Translations under genes and position numbers: made by a program
The notes under the pieces: model-generated
Seen by the model: only the letters and a program-made list of their open reading frames with translations
What the model was told of the DNA's origin: nothing
The model's database searches: none
Shown: piece after piece, positions 35,074 through 48,289 of the stretch
Position numbering within the stretch: the stretch's first letter is position 1
Layout: each line of letters starts with the position of its first letter
Assembly: GCA_049724395.1 (NCBI GenBank)
Contig: JAUGWO010000040.1
Span: 1 to 64,000, forward strand
Length of the DNA: 64,000 bases
Reading direction: 5' to 3'
Source of the DNA: Spongospora subterranea f. sp. subterranea
Lineage: Eukaryota

Positions 35074-36989
35074 CCGCGCCTGAGTTATTCCGGCCCACGG
35101 AAAAAGGGCACGAACAACGCTCAATCAAGATCAGGAATACAGTAGCGATCACCTTAACCCGACAATTCCGTGACTGTAGGCGGCTTGAACTGTATCTGGT
35201 CATGGACGATGGATTCATATCGTACAATTTGTACGTAATTCTTTAGGTCTTTGCATTACGAACAAAGTTACGTGATCAATTTTATTATTGAGGCATTATT
35301 GACGGAGTACAGTGCCTTGATGGATAATGGGACTGTATCTATGGAAAACAATTGCGATGGCGCACTTTCCTTGTGCAGTCACGCATAAAATATATAATGC
35401 GCAGTGTCAAGTAGTGAAACAGTCACGGATAAAAGTATATCATGCGCACTGACCAGCGATATTGCAGTGACGCAGGCCAAAACATAGAGACTTGCGTTTT
35501 TGAAATGCCGCCTTTAAATAAGGCGTCGGGTCCGTGGACACCCCAAATTGGTCGGTGGACACCCCTGGTACGCATTTTCTTATAAATCACACAATTATAC
35601 ATTACAGTACCAGACGCCTTTATTCAGAAACAGTACCTACTTCAATTAACAATTGTTCGGCAATCACTTTCAGCGACACCGCCCCTATTGGTAGTGGGTC
35701 TATCGAACTACATGATCGGCGATTGTGACCAGAGCGGCCACATAAACCACAAACACGTTGTCGTCGTTCTGCATTCTCGAAACCAGAAGGATCTCTTCGT
35801 GTCGAAGATACAGGACCCAACCGAGCGACTGACCCTTGAGGTCGTCCTCGAGCGGTAACTTGTTCTGGATTTTGAATGAAGTTGGTATCTCTTCGTATGC
35901 TTGTTAAAACGTTGACGCCTTCCTGTATAACTCGCTGGCGATGAGGTGGCAACGATTGGTAAGTTGCATCCAGTTCCGACAGAGCTTGAGCAAACGTCTG
36001 TGGACTATCTTGTAGAGAAACTCCAACAGGAATGCTCAGTCGCCAATGACAGTGAAAATCTTGGGGGTTTAGCACAGAGTTTTGTCGTATAAGTTCTTTC
36101 ATCATATGAGAACACGGAATTCCCATAGTCAGAAATAAAACATTGGAGCAATGATCGTCACCAGATAGCTTTTTTGCCTTCTCATATTCCTTGTGAGCTT
36201 TGCGCAGCGCAAACTGTGAAATCTCTCGGTTGACATTCCCGCAAAACGGGATTTGATGGGTCAGCAGCGCATTGGATTTGTCATACTCGATTTTTTGGGA
36301 AATTGAGTGGAGATGATGATCTACTGCTAAACAAATCTTGCTGTAAACACTTTTGAGGTCACCGGTGGATACCCGGATCCACGATTTCAGCGATGAGTGC
36401 ATACCTTCAACTCGAGAAGTTGCAGTGTTCCCAAAATGCAGATAATGTTTAGTCCAAGCGATAATAAACATCTCCTGATGAGGAAGCCATGTTTCCTTGA
36501 GGTAACTGATCACTGCAGCAGGATACTCCAATTCTAGGTTGGTTAGTTCTGTTTGAAAGACGGCTTGATCAACTGAGTAAATTACGTTTGTCCAGTCCCT
36601 CAAGAACTGCAGGAAAGTGTCGTTGTTCACGAAATGCCTTTTCGTCTTGGCTAGTACATTCTTCTGAATATGCCATATACATAACAATATGGTCGGGTTC
36701 GCAAACGAGAGTTCACTCCTGATGGCATTGATTAGTGCTAATTCCCGGTCAGTCACGTATACGTTTGGAAATGCGCATCTTCACAAAATACATTCCGAAG
36801 TTGTCGCAAGGCCCATTTATAATCCTGTTCGGTTTCACTTCTCATAAACACGAAACAGATTGAAAAAGACATGTTAACCGGAGTGACGCCGACAACGTGC
36901 AGTAAAGGCATCCGAAAACTAAGAGAACGGTTGAGTTTTAGCGGGAGAAGCAGGTAAAATTTTACCGATTGGTTTTGTAAGTAGCATCA

Positions 36990-37486
36990 GAGAACTTGGT
37001 TATGGTCTGCGTTTGGTCGAGGAGGAGGTCAGAGACTTGAGTTAAACCCCGTGATCAGGGATTTTGGGGAACACCCTAAGGTTGGCCATGCAATACATCA
37101 CTGTGATTAACTGGTTGAGCATGCCTCAATGGGGAACCTCCTGGAAAAATAATTTGTAATGTCCGACTTGGGTTCAAGGCATTGTGGTGTTCCGTAAGGG
37201 AATCACGGCTTTCCCCGATGTCGCTGACGCAAAGCGGGATCGTTTTAGTGAGCACCAGCTTGATTCATATCGCCTATCAAACTTACTACAATGTCGGTCA
37301 GACTGCAGAACATCCGAGCAGAAGGAAAATGTAGCAAGTGCGAGCTTGCTATGTTCTCGGATCAAGAGGAGCTTTAGAGGCGAGAGCCGAAAAAGTGAAT
37401 CCTGGCCCGATAGCCAAGGGACCGGCAAACCTCTAATATTGTACCCTGCTGCGCATGAAAAATGCGAACTCAATCACAAAAAAAAT
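36990..37486 (+). mobile_element. SINE-like insertion: tRNA-like head, LINE-derived 3' tail, A-tract; mosaic with MULE sequence
   Basis: Head 37034-37095 resembles the reverse complement of 63935-63996. The tail gcatgaaaaatgcgaactcaatcacaaaaaaaa matches the LINE end at 29640-29680. Confidence 0.7.
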
Positions 37487-38269
37487 CTTGTAAATGTAAG
37501 TAGCATCAATGAGATCGGTATGGTGATATTGTCTCGCCAGTTTGATCGAAGAAGACGGTGCGAAGAAGAGATGAGTTATACGACGGTGATCGTCGTATTG
37601 GTAAGCATGCAATACATTATCTGTGATTAACTGGTCTAGTAATGCCTCAATGGGGCTTCTTCCTGATAATTCTGATGTCCTTATTCGCTTGACAATATTG
37701 TAGACGTCCTGAGAAATCACGGCTATTCCAGGATATCGCTGACGCAAAGCGGCAATGATCGTTTTAGGCTGAGCACCAGCTTGATTCATATCGCCTATCA
37801 AAGTTTTCTGTTCATCATTCAACGTCCGAGCTGAGGAAAATGTAGAACTTTCAGTGGCCGGCTGGTGGTTATGTTCATCGCAGATCAAGTTCAGCGACCA
37901 TTTGGTAAGGTCATTATTGGCTTGAATTATTGCAGACCAGGGACAGTTCATTCTATTGGTACTCGTACATTTGATACGCGTATCGCTGTCGAGAAGCGGC
38001 CGAGATAGTTGCAGTAGGATCAACCGTGCTGACAGACTAGCCATACCTTGTATATGGAACCGGAGCTGTTGCGTTTGGACCGACGTTTGTTAATATTGTA
38101 CCCTGCTGCGTGCATCTGGCTTTTAAAGACTTGGAAGGTTTCCTCAACCGTTGACAAAAGAGAAGAGGATTCCATCGAGATAACGAGCTGTGACCTGAGT
38201 GGTAATGTATAATTGTGTGATTTATAAGAAAATGCGTACCAGGGGTGTGTCCACCGAGTTTGGAAGTTC

Positions 38270-38610
38270 CAAATTGGGGTGTCCACCGACCAATTTGGGG
38301 TGTCCACCGACCAATTTGGGGTGTTGGGGTGTCCACCGACCAATTTGGGGTGTCCACCGACCGAAATTGGGGTGTCCACCGACCAAATTGGGGTGTCCAC
38401 CGACCAAATTGGGGTGTCCACCGACCAAATTGGGGTGTCCACGGACCAATTTGGGGTGTCCACCGACCACTTTGGGGTGTCCACCGACCAATTTGGGGTG
38501 TCCACCGACCAACTTTTGTCCACCGACCACTTTGGGGTGTCCACCGACCAATTTGGGGTGTCCACCGACCAATGTTTGGGGTGTCCACCGACCAATTTGG
38601 GGTGTCCACG
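38270..38610. repeat. 21-22-bp tandem array (ggggtgtccaccgaccaattt) expanded inside the MULE right TIR
   Basis: About 15 units here versus about 2 in the left TIR. Confidence 0.93.
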
Positions 38611-40249
38611 GACCGGACGCGTAAAACAATTATGTTAATCTCCTTAATCTGAAAGACGATTGTTGAACGTGTTCCTTGATCTTCAGCAGACCATTCGATT
38701 GTCGTATCTTCAGATCTAGATTGGTCAACCGATTTGGCATCGTATAGCGTCACCTGTTTAATCAAGGCAATCATTTCGAAAATCGTGTTCCTAATGGATT
38801 TTGCCCTTATTTACACATATTTGATATTCAAGACAATCGTATGATCGAATCAAAAATCTTTCTCAACTTGTGCAAACTGCAAATTCTGTCGTCATCGAAC
38901 CAAAAGCAATAGCGAGTTATTCCGTGCTATTGCATTCGGATAAATTACTTCTGGCGGAAAAATCCTTCGCGACTGAACTGCAACAGGACGCAATGGACCT
39001 TTACCTTGAACTGGTGATGAGATCATAAGTCGTCGTAGGGGTGAATCCCTAACAGACATGATCTGTTTGGGGGGAAATGTGCCAGTATTGGTGACAGAGG
39101 TGCGGCTCTTTCCAGACGAACTCAATCGACGATTGTATTGGTCAGGTCGAGCAGCTAATTGAGAGTAACTCCCTAATGAGGTTTCGGAAGAGGTTCTCGA
39201 ACCCCGAAAACCATTGAGCGCCATTTACAGACGGAGGATCTACCAGGTGGATATCGTCGTCGTTGTCGCCGAATGAATTGCAGTGCCGGTGTGGGTTAAT
39301 CACATTAACAAGCGATCGAAGTTCACTCGCCATTTAATACACACTTGTCTACCGAACCTATTGCACTCTTTAAATGATAACGACCCTCACCGTCGTCATT
39401 TTTTCTGGAAACAACCAAAACCACGACGGCACGATCCCGATACTCGTTGACCGTTTTCCAGTTCAATAGTCATCGCGGCTAATCCAAATGATCATATCTG
39501 CAATTGAACATCGTTGTGACATAGTTTATACACACTGTTTGTCGTGGCGGAGCTAACCTCAGTTCGGTTAATGCCGTTTTTGAATCAAAATCATTGTTGT
39601 TGGTCTTCGTCCCTGGTAGTTTTCCGTAGTTTCCGCCCTCGCTCCAGTTCCCGCCCTAGTCTTCCTCTCTCGCCACTAGTTTCCGCCCTCGCTCCAGTTC
39701 CGAGGTCACCTGACATCCCAAGAATGAGGCCAAGGCCATCTACTCGTCGGGCAGAATAGCTCATCGAACGGGCGGTTGGAAAGAACTGTGGATGATATCG
39801 CGATGCTTCCTGTTCGGCAGTTCCCCCAACAAGGGCTAGAACCTACAAGGGTGACAGGATTCAATCATGAGAAGGGGCATCGGAGACCGTCCATTATCAC
39901 ATCTTGTATTGCCAATATACCGAGGTTCGTTTATAAGATTGCAGGGGCTAACCGTTGGGTCAATTATTTGATTTAGCGGGACATGTTTTTATTCTTTTCG
40001 AAAACGCCAACTCGGGGAGAGCAATGTTGAGGGTTTCGACACTCTGTTGATTGTTATTTTACTGATCTGTTGTTGGAGTGAACCTATATATAGAACATGG
40101 TCAGACTGGTGTTTGACTATTCTTCACCTCTTATCACAACACCATTTCCCACTTGATACAGTCCCAGATTTGTCCAATGCGGTGTCCGACAACGGGTCCG
40201 GTCAAAACAACTTCATAACGATATCAATATCAATAGCAATCAGTAAAAA

Positions 40250-40760
40250 ATGTCGCTCATCGGTGGATTTCTTTTTCTTTTCTCATTGTTGTCCATTGCT
40301 GGCTCTGTTGATTCCATGGGGGGTCCAACCTTCCTTCGCTTTGAAAATGGGGGCGTGGCACTGGACACCGGATCAGGATTGGTTGAACGATCGCTTTGAG
40401 GAATTTTTGGTCGAATGTCGTCAGATTAAGAACAAGAAAATTAGCCCGAATTCATCAGAATGGTTGGAACAGACTCTCGGTGGTTTTTATGAGCTAGGGA
40501 ATGATGTGTGCGATGCTGTTGCCACTGAGGGCGATGGCAATGGCCTTTTAATGTCTACGACCGGCAAGAAGCTGATCAAGAAGTTTATCTGGTCGGTCAG
40601 CGACCACTTTCAAGCATTCAGAAAGGAAGGGGCGTCGCTCTTGTACTATAAAAACAAAAGCCAGACTGCCCATATCTGGGACAGCAGTGAGGGAGAGTCG
40701 ACAGATCAAATCAATGAGTATTCCCTGGATCAAGACCAGTCACCAGAAGTGGCGCTTTGA
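40250..40760 (+). CDS. Candidate small secreted protein, frameshifted at a G6 run
   Basis: ATG 40250 gives signal-peptide-like MSLIGGFLFLFSLLSIAGS. Removing one G from 40318-40323 joins it to the ORF ending at 40760. Confidence 0.35.
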
Positions 40761-41192
40761 CCGAAATCGGGTTTTTCATCCCATATTGAATACATCAGGT
40801 TTTTATGATTTTATTCCTCAGTAGTTGAACTCAAAAAAACGATTTCAAATCCCAACAGCAATATCCAGATCGACAGAGTTTCATCATCGTTCCTCTTCAA
40901 TCGATCATTGAGTCTATCTCCTATCTTTGGCAATATCTAAGAACCTAACGCCGCTTTGTGTTAGTGTGTCACCTGTTATGATATTCCCAACAAATCTCAA
41001 TGACCATAACTATCTGGGATTGTGCTGTTAATGGTCTTCTCCAGCTATTGACCAACATGAACGTGATAACCGTTCTCAACAGTGTTAGAACTACCAACCT
41101 CTCACTGGCAATCAAGTTTGAAGCGGCAATGGCGAACAGTCCATGATCGGTCCTGGTATACTATAAGGGACATGAAATATTTATTGACTATG

Positions 41193-42621
41193 TTCATCAA
41201 CAACATAAAGGGAATCGGCAAAAATAACAAAGACGTTGTGTTCTCGAGGCCTTAGCAGATGTCGCATAGCTGATTTCTGTCGACGAATCAGGGACATTGA
41301 CACTCCACCTAATTACATTCCAATAAAGCGGACTCATCTTGTTGTCGAGATTGGACTACAAAGTTCATAACGACGTCGTCGATCGAGAATATCGAATGAC
41401 CAACCATGGCTTAATTGTTTATCGAACACATGAGAATATGACCGCTGTGATTATCGCCAACACAAAATGACCTCACAAAACTATAGTAGTCACTATATGT
41501 GAACTACTGATTGGAATAATTCCATATATGGGACTCATATCCGATGATATTATTCCCTTTTCACTCGCCGGGCAGATCATCTCCTCGAACGGACGATTGG
41601 ACAGAATTGTGTATGATATTGCGATATTGGAAAATTCAGTGTTCCGCAACGATTGTTCAATATAAAGGGTGAGTGATGGTGTTGTAGGCGGTGGCGTCAA
41701 CAGGAATGCGTTGAGCGCTTTTGAGGAACGTCCGTCTGGCCGGGCTCGACACAATACAGGCACACAAACAGAGCCTGATGGTGTCACCTGTCCAATTTGG
41801 ACTCAGAAAGCGGTCGTCGGCGACCACCAAATGCATTGATCGTTTGCGTCTTCAACAAATGAAATAACTGAAATACAAGCGATTGGGAGTAGAGTCGGTC
41901 GATTTGCAGCAAAACGGTATTATGGTCTCGTGGATAAGAGACGTTGGCGATGTTGGATGGCCTGTTCGAGGAGTTGGGGAGTCTGCAATCAGCTGCCGGA
42001 GTCGTGATCGCCCTCGCCCAACTGCTGAACCGGACGTGCCCTCGAGCCGCCGCCGACCCGACAGCCCTGACAAAGCGTCGTGCACTTGATTCGATCATAT
42101 ACCTGCCTAGGGTTCCCGGCTCAATAAATGCCTGTCATCAACAATTCCTATTCCTCTGTTGTAATAGGTAGATTGTTCCTGGATGTGTCTCAAAGGGAAT
42201 AGATTCATCGGATATGAATTCCATATATGGAGTTATTCCAACCGGGAATTCATAGATTAGTGATCAACTGCTCCTACCAAATACCTGAACATTCTCTTTT
42301 TTTGTTTTCGTTGCCCTGATGCAGTTCAGCTGATACTTTGTGAGGTCATATTGTGCTGGCAATAATCACAGCGGTCATATTCTCATGTGTTCAATGATCA
42401 ATTAAGCCAATAGTTGCACCATTCGACCATTCGATATTCTCGATCAATGACGTCGTTATGAAATTATTTAGTCCAATCTCGACAACAAGATGAGTCCGGT
42501 TTATTGGAGTGTAATAGGTGGAGTGTCAATGACCTGATTCGTCAACAGAAATCAGCTATGCGACATCTGCTCAGGCCTCGTCTTTGTCATTTCTACCGAT
42601 TCCCTTCATGTCGTTGATGAA
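41193..42621. repeat. Long imperfect inverted repeat (arms ~41193-41561 and ~42191-42621; ~630-bp spacer)
   Basis: Examples: gcagatgtcgcatagctgatttctgt / acagaaatcagctatgcgacatctgc, and gactcatcttgttgtcgagattggacta / tagtccaatctcgacaacaagatgagtc. Confidence 0.9.
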
Positions 42622-42899
42622 GGATGAGCGGTTTAGTGTCTGCAACTCGCAACATCATTGAGGAGAACACTCAGGTCAAGTGATGTCTTTGTTGAAAGGG
42701 ACCTAGGATTCAATCGCCCAACGACAAATATTTGTAAATGTGTTTTCAGTTAAGCGGGAACCAAGTTTCCTAAATCACGTGTGGAAAAATCGGAAACGCA
42801 ATTGCTATTGAAAAAAGCCCATTTGAGTCAGGAATCACCCTGATCTGCATTATGGATTTAGACGATGCGGCTTCCTTCGCGTCAATTCGACCGCATCTG

Positions 42900-44665
42900 A
42901 TTTCTGCTTTCCGGAACCGTCCGCAGCAGACATCAGGAGTGAATTCGAGACGTTGACGCAGACTACCGAAATTCGGCGAGCAGCATATCTTGAAGTTTCA
43001 ACAGTCATATAGCACGGCCCGTCGTCTGTCGGGGAATGGGTATTCGCTCAGTGCTGCCCTCTTGGCTGATGCCTTCCGGAGATCCCTGAATCCAGCGTTG
43101 CGACACACGCTCCACGATTTTGAGATGACGGATTGGGACGCGATGGTCCAGAATGCCAGACATATCGCCCGCAATTATCCAACTGAGCCTGAGGCCGTTT
43201 ACGCCATCTCCACCAGCGCATCAAAGCTGACACCGGCAGAACGCGACCGCTGTATGCTTCACAACCTGTGCTTGTATTGTCGACAGCCAGAACACAGGAT
43301 CGCGACATGCCCGAATCGAGCGATACGGTCGGGAAATGCCCATGAGTGACGGACGCCGGATTCCCCCACCAATCGCCAATCCGTAATAATCATTCTGAAT
43401 CCTCGCATCACTGCTTGTCCACACTTTATTATGCCCGATCGCTCTCTAGCCGTTGCCTCACCGCCAATGCTACTCCTCAAATTGGTACTCGCCTTCTCAC
43501 CACGACAGTACTTATCGATTACGGTTCAAGCACTTCTTTGGTAGATGCAACATTCGCCCACATTAACGCCGTTCCACTGAATCGGAAACTGTGTCCGGTC
43601 GCTGTCAATGTGGTCGATGGGCGGCAGCTGAATCCTACTCACTTCCGAATCTATACCAATACTCACTACTGTAGCTTCCTCAGTTCCAGACGTCGAGTAG
43701 TCTTCAACGTCATTGATTCACCAAACCACCCAATCATTCTGGGGATTTCGTGGCTGTCATTTCACAATCCCGATTTCGATTGGTCTATTGGTAGCCTTAA
43801 AGCCACGTTCCGAGCTCAAAAAACACACCAAATTCCGTCGATACTGAGCCCGGAATTTCTTTTTGCACCGTCAGTGCGGTGCATCTTCTTGCAACATCCC
43901 AGGAAAATGACGAATGCTACTCTATCCAGTTTAAAAGCGCCGTAACACCTCAGCCTGCCATGCCTCTCGTTTTGGCGACACTTCCCGAAAAGTATAACGA
44001 CTTTGCTAGTGTGTTCGATAAACGACACGCAGAACAACTTCCACCATATCGCCTGTACGATTGTTGGATCGATGTCGAAACCGGGTTCTGAGCCACTGTT
44101 CGGTCGACTTCATGACCTCTCTCCCAGAGAACAGGAAGCGCTTAAGAAATATATTCAGGACAATCTCTCCCGTAAGTTCATCTGTCCATCGCAGTCACCC
44201 CCGCTGGCGCTCCAGTCCTCTTTGTCAAGAAAAAAGACGGCTCTCTACGCCTATACATCGACTATCGGAAATTGAATGCCAATACTATCAAAAACCGCTA
44301 TCCACTTCCCCTCGTCGATCAAATGTTGGCACAGCTTAGCTCCGCTCGATTGTTTTCCAAATTTGGTCTTTGTGGGGCATACAACCAAGTCCGGATTCTG
44401 AAGGGCGACGAATGGAAAAGCGCGTTTCGCACACCGCATGGCTTATTCGAATACCAAGTAATGCCTTTTGGCCTGACTAATGTACCGGCTGCGTTCCAGC
44501 ATTTTATGAACGACTTGTTTTGAAATTACCTTGACAGTTTCGTCGTGATCTACTTGGACGATATCATAATTTTCTCTTCATCAGAGGCCGAGCACGACAA
44601 GCACGTCCGCTTCGTTCTCACCCGGATCAGAGACGCGAATTTGTACGCGAAGTTGGAGAGAAGGA
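42900..44665 (+). mobile_element. Degenerate Ty3/gypsy element (gag, protease, RT), 3' truncated
   Basis: [67 protein letters not shown]. Confidence 0.88.
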
Positions 44666-44667
44666 AT

Positions 44668-47600
44668 CTAGACTGGTAACTCTTTTACCAGATGATGGTC
44701 AGAATTATCTGACAAAAACTGTTTAACTACAGTAGGAATATCCTCCAGCATTGTATCAAAAGGTTCCCAAGTGGCGTCGGTGGTTTCAAACCCACTCCAC
44801 TGGATGAGGAGGTCAAGTTGTCTAGGCTCTGGATGGCGACGAATGTCGATAATGCTTGCCACTTCGAATTTGGTAGAGGAAGTTACGCCGATAATATCCA
44901 AAAGAGCTGTGGTAACCTGTAAGTCACGATCGCTGTAGTATTTCAAACGTTGAGCTTGGATATCAGTTTGCTCGCCGGTGAATGAAAATTCCACACGGTA
45001 TATGTGGTCTTTGATCATACCAATAATACGTGCAGGTCCGAGTCAATTGCACATGGTTTTTTCGTGAAAACCGCTTGATATTGGAGGCGACGAGCAGGTA
45101 GTCGCCAATTGTGAAATTGATTGGCTTAGTGCGAGCATCCTTGGAGCGGGACCGATGTTGTTGTGCACGCTGTTTGGATAAACGACCAGCGACTTGTTGA
45201 TGGATGGCGTCAATCGACGATGCGAGTTGAGCCGTTAGTGACTGAATACGACCAGGAGTTACTGGGACGTCACTTACTGAATTCAAAAACGGTACAAATA
45301 TCGTGGAAGTAGTGTCGTAGGATTAAGGCCTGTCATGATTGTGACAGGAGAATAACCGATTCGTTGCCGTACACGTTGGTTCAAATCCATGTTAACGATG
45401 GGGAGAATGAAAGGCCAATGGACGTCAAAAGAGAGACTACATTCAGCGAGTAGTTTCTTCAACGTCTCAAGAATATGCCGGTTCACGATTTCCACCGTTC
45501 CGTTTACCCATGGGGTGTTGGCCGTCGTGAAATGTCGTGATATGTGTAGACGACTGCAGAGCTCGTCGATCACACGGTTTCTAAAGTGAGTTCCCTGATC
45601 GGACACATGTTGATACACAATGCCAAACCGTTTGACCCAGTCGATTAGACCGGTTGCCACTGTGTGATGATCGGCAGATTCACACGGGATTAGTTCCACG
45701 AAGGCGGAGAATTCGTCCTTGATCACTAAAATATATCGAAATGAGTGAGGAACGCCTTTCTTGACTTTAAATTTGAAAAGGCAATCATAATGCAGAACAC
45801 GATTAGGTTGAGTTGCATGCATTGCATAGCCAAAGGACGGGGAGCGACAGACCCGTTGACCCGTGGGCAATGTAAACATTTGGAAATGATATGTGCCACA
45901 ACAGGTTCCGAAACAGGGGCTCCCCATCGAGTCAGAATATCGGCCCAGACGTTGGTGGTTCGATCAATGTGTTCAATTACAAAATCAAACGAGCGTAATT
46001 GGAGTTGCCAGCATTCAAGACGATCTCCGCTGGTTCGATTAACAGGAAGACTCCGACTGTTGGGATCAAACAAGAATTTTAGGATTCTGTGATCTCAAAA
46101 AAGACGAAACTTCTTCCCAATGAGATAGGGCTTCAAACGGTGGCACCCTTCAACTATGGGATATGCCTCCTTTTCTATAATCGCCCAATTCAGTTGACTA
46201 CCTTTGAAACTGCCGCTAAGACATGCTAGCAGTTCATGGCGTTGTGGTTCAACAGAGTTTCCTAGATCCTGTGCTGGAAACTGTGTCAGGAGAATTGCTC
46301 AAAAATCTTTTGATGCATCTGGAAATACACAGAGTAAATATCCATCGTTGATGTGGACCATAATCACCAAATTCTGTAATGTGGATTTGATTTGAGCGAA
46401 ACACTTTGTCATGAGATTGGTTCCCGCCCAAAATCTTCAATGTGATCTTCTTTAGTTGTGATTTCTGTAAACTGTCGATTGAGCGGAACGTCGTCAACAG
46501 CAGTTGTTGAAGTGGATCCACCAGCTCAGAGAACCTTGGGATAGTTGAGCGCATCCAATTAAGTCCACATAGTAATTGTTGCAAATCGTCAGCAGTGATC
46601 GGTGACGGTAATTCGCTCAGGGACGAAACGAGATTGGGGTCGAACGAGACGCCCTTTTCCGATATCATTCGGCCGCACCAATTTGACCTCTGTCAAGAAG
46701 AGAGCGCAACGGTTTGGGTTCAGTTTGATGCCATGTGAGTGCAGATTGTCTAAGATGAGGACCAGAACCTCAAACCAGTTGTCAATGCTTGTGGCATCAA
46801 CCCATAGAAGAGCGCATGTGTAGAGCAAATCAGATAGGACTTCCTGCATCCCCGCCTGGAAAGCGAAAACTGCATCGGCTAGGCCTTGGATTATACGACG
46901 CGGCGTGTAGACTGCCTCATGCGTCATGAAAGAACAAAGTTCCCAAGATTCGGGATGTAATGGAAACTGCCAGTACCGTTTGAAGGGGACCAGCATGATA
47001 AAAAGTTTTGCATTTCGAAGATATGATAAGATGAGATCTATGTGAGGCATGGGCCAAACAAGACGTTCAGTACGTTTGTTGACCTCCTTCGTATCGATAG
47101 TCAGACGATAACCACGGCGCTCGATGTCTTTCTTCTCGACAACGTGGCAGGCAGATGCGAAACGGCTGTGCGGATTGCGGAATGTGAAATCGTTCGCTTC
47201 TAACGTCTGTGCATGTTCGCGCATGAATGTGCGGTGCGCTTCGGCATATCGTCGATTTTTTGCCCTGGCCCCTAAATGGAGTGGCAGCAGATTTCAGCAT
47301 CTGCTTCATTGGCGTAACCTTCGCCGGCGGATCGCGCGTTTTAAACGCCACATTTCGCGCTTCAAAACCTCGGATTGAAGCCGAGATCGATGCTCTTGTG
47401 GAAGACCGTTCTTTTGACGGCGCGTTCGCACATATCAGAGATGGCTGATTTCATACCACTAATGGCATCCTGGCCGATGTCGACGAAATAATCTTCGCCA
47501 GGTTCATCGCCGGGACTAAGATCAGCAGTGTGATCGAGTGAGACCCGCTTGATGGCTAATGAGATATCAGGATCTGACTTGGTAAACTCATCGTGAATGA

Positions 47601-48240
47601 GGAGATGACCATTCGGGGCGTGGTTCAAAACGTTGAGGAGAAGCACACTCTGGATCGACTCCCAGTGTCAACAATTCCTGTTTACCGATTAGGATAACGC
47701 CATCGGATAGATTCTCCTTGGTCACGTAAACCTCTCGTCGACGTAATGTTACCGTCATTCCCGAGTAAGAATCGAGACTGAGATCCAAAAGTGCCGAACC
47801 AAGATACGTGGTTACGGCACCGACTGTTGCCTGTTTACCGGTCAAGATGTTGGCGAACGGCTTGTATGCCACGTGCGTTAGAGTCTGGAGCCGTTTCAAA
47901 GTTGCCATATCCATTGTGCTCCTGCTGGATCCGTTATCCAGTTCGCAGGGCTCGGTGAGACAGTCATTCAACTTGACCTGATACATTGTGGCGGACTGGA
48001 ATGGAATGTCAAGGCTGTCAACCATGTGCCGTTTGTAGAAATTTAACGACTTTTCACGTTCGGAGCGGAACTTGTCTAGGGCATCTTTTCGCTCTTTTGC
48101 CGTCGCCGTGGGGCAGATCTGAACCCAATGGGGGCCTTTACAAATCAGGCAACCATTGACTGGAATCGGCTTTGCTTCGTAACGCTTTTTCAGGTACTCA
48201 GAAACCTCTTTCGATTCCTGGTCTGGCGTTGCGGGATTGC
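44668..48240 (-). mobile_element. Degenerate Ty3/gypsy element with chromodomain
   Basis: gag CLICKGPHWVQIC; LDNGS protease; RT (FASACHVV, WQFPLH); RNase H (EKEAYPI); integrase (VSDQGTHF, NGTVE); chromodomain LIQWSGFE..DATWEP. Confidence 0.88.
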
Positions 48241-48289
48241 TTTGACGCTCAGGCCTTGATCGACTCGTGGATTCTCAGATGGTTTATCA

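Larger units (their letters stand above)
35523..38620 (-). mobile_element. Mutator-like element (FAR1-like domain + MULE transposase + CCHC) with long TIRs, interrupted by a SINE
   Basis: TIRs 35523-~35605 and ~38202-38620. Transposase from ~38175 to 35620: C-x-W...HNH, DATYKTNR|FRMPLL (intron ~36919-36967), TDRELALINAI, LCIWHI.KN, TATSRVEGMH, CGLCGRSGHNRRSC. Confidence 0.92.

Noticed and set aside
34473..35227. Three overlapping repetitive ORFs
   Set aside because: Products of the stop-free 22-bp array.
38020..38774. Repetitive ORFs in all six frames
   Set aside because: Products of the 21-22-bp TIR array; only the part from ~38175 downward belongs to the MULE transposase.
38892..39333. 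Short minus-strand ORFs
   Set aside because: No recognisable domain or consistent exon structure.
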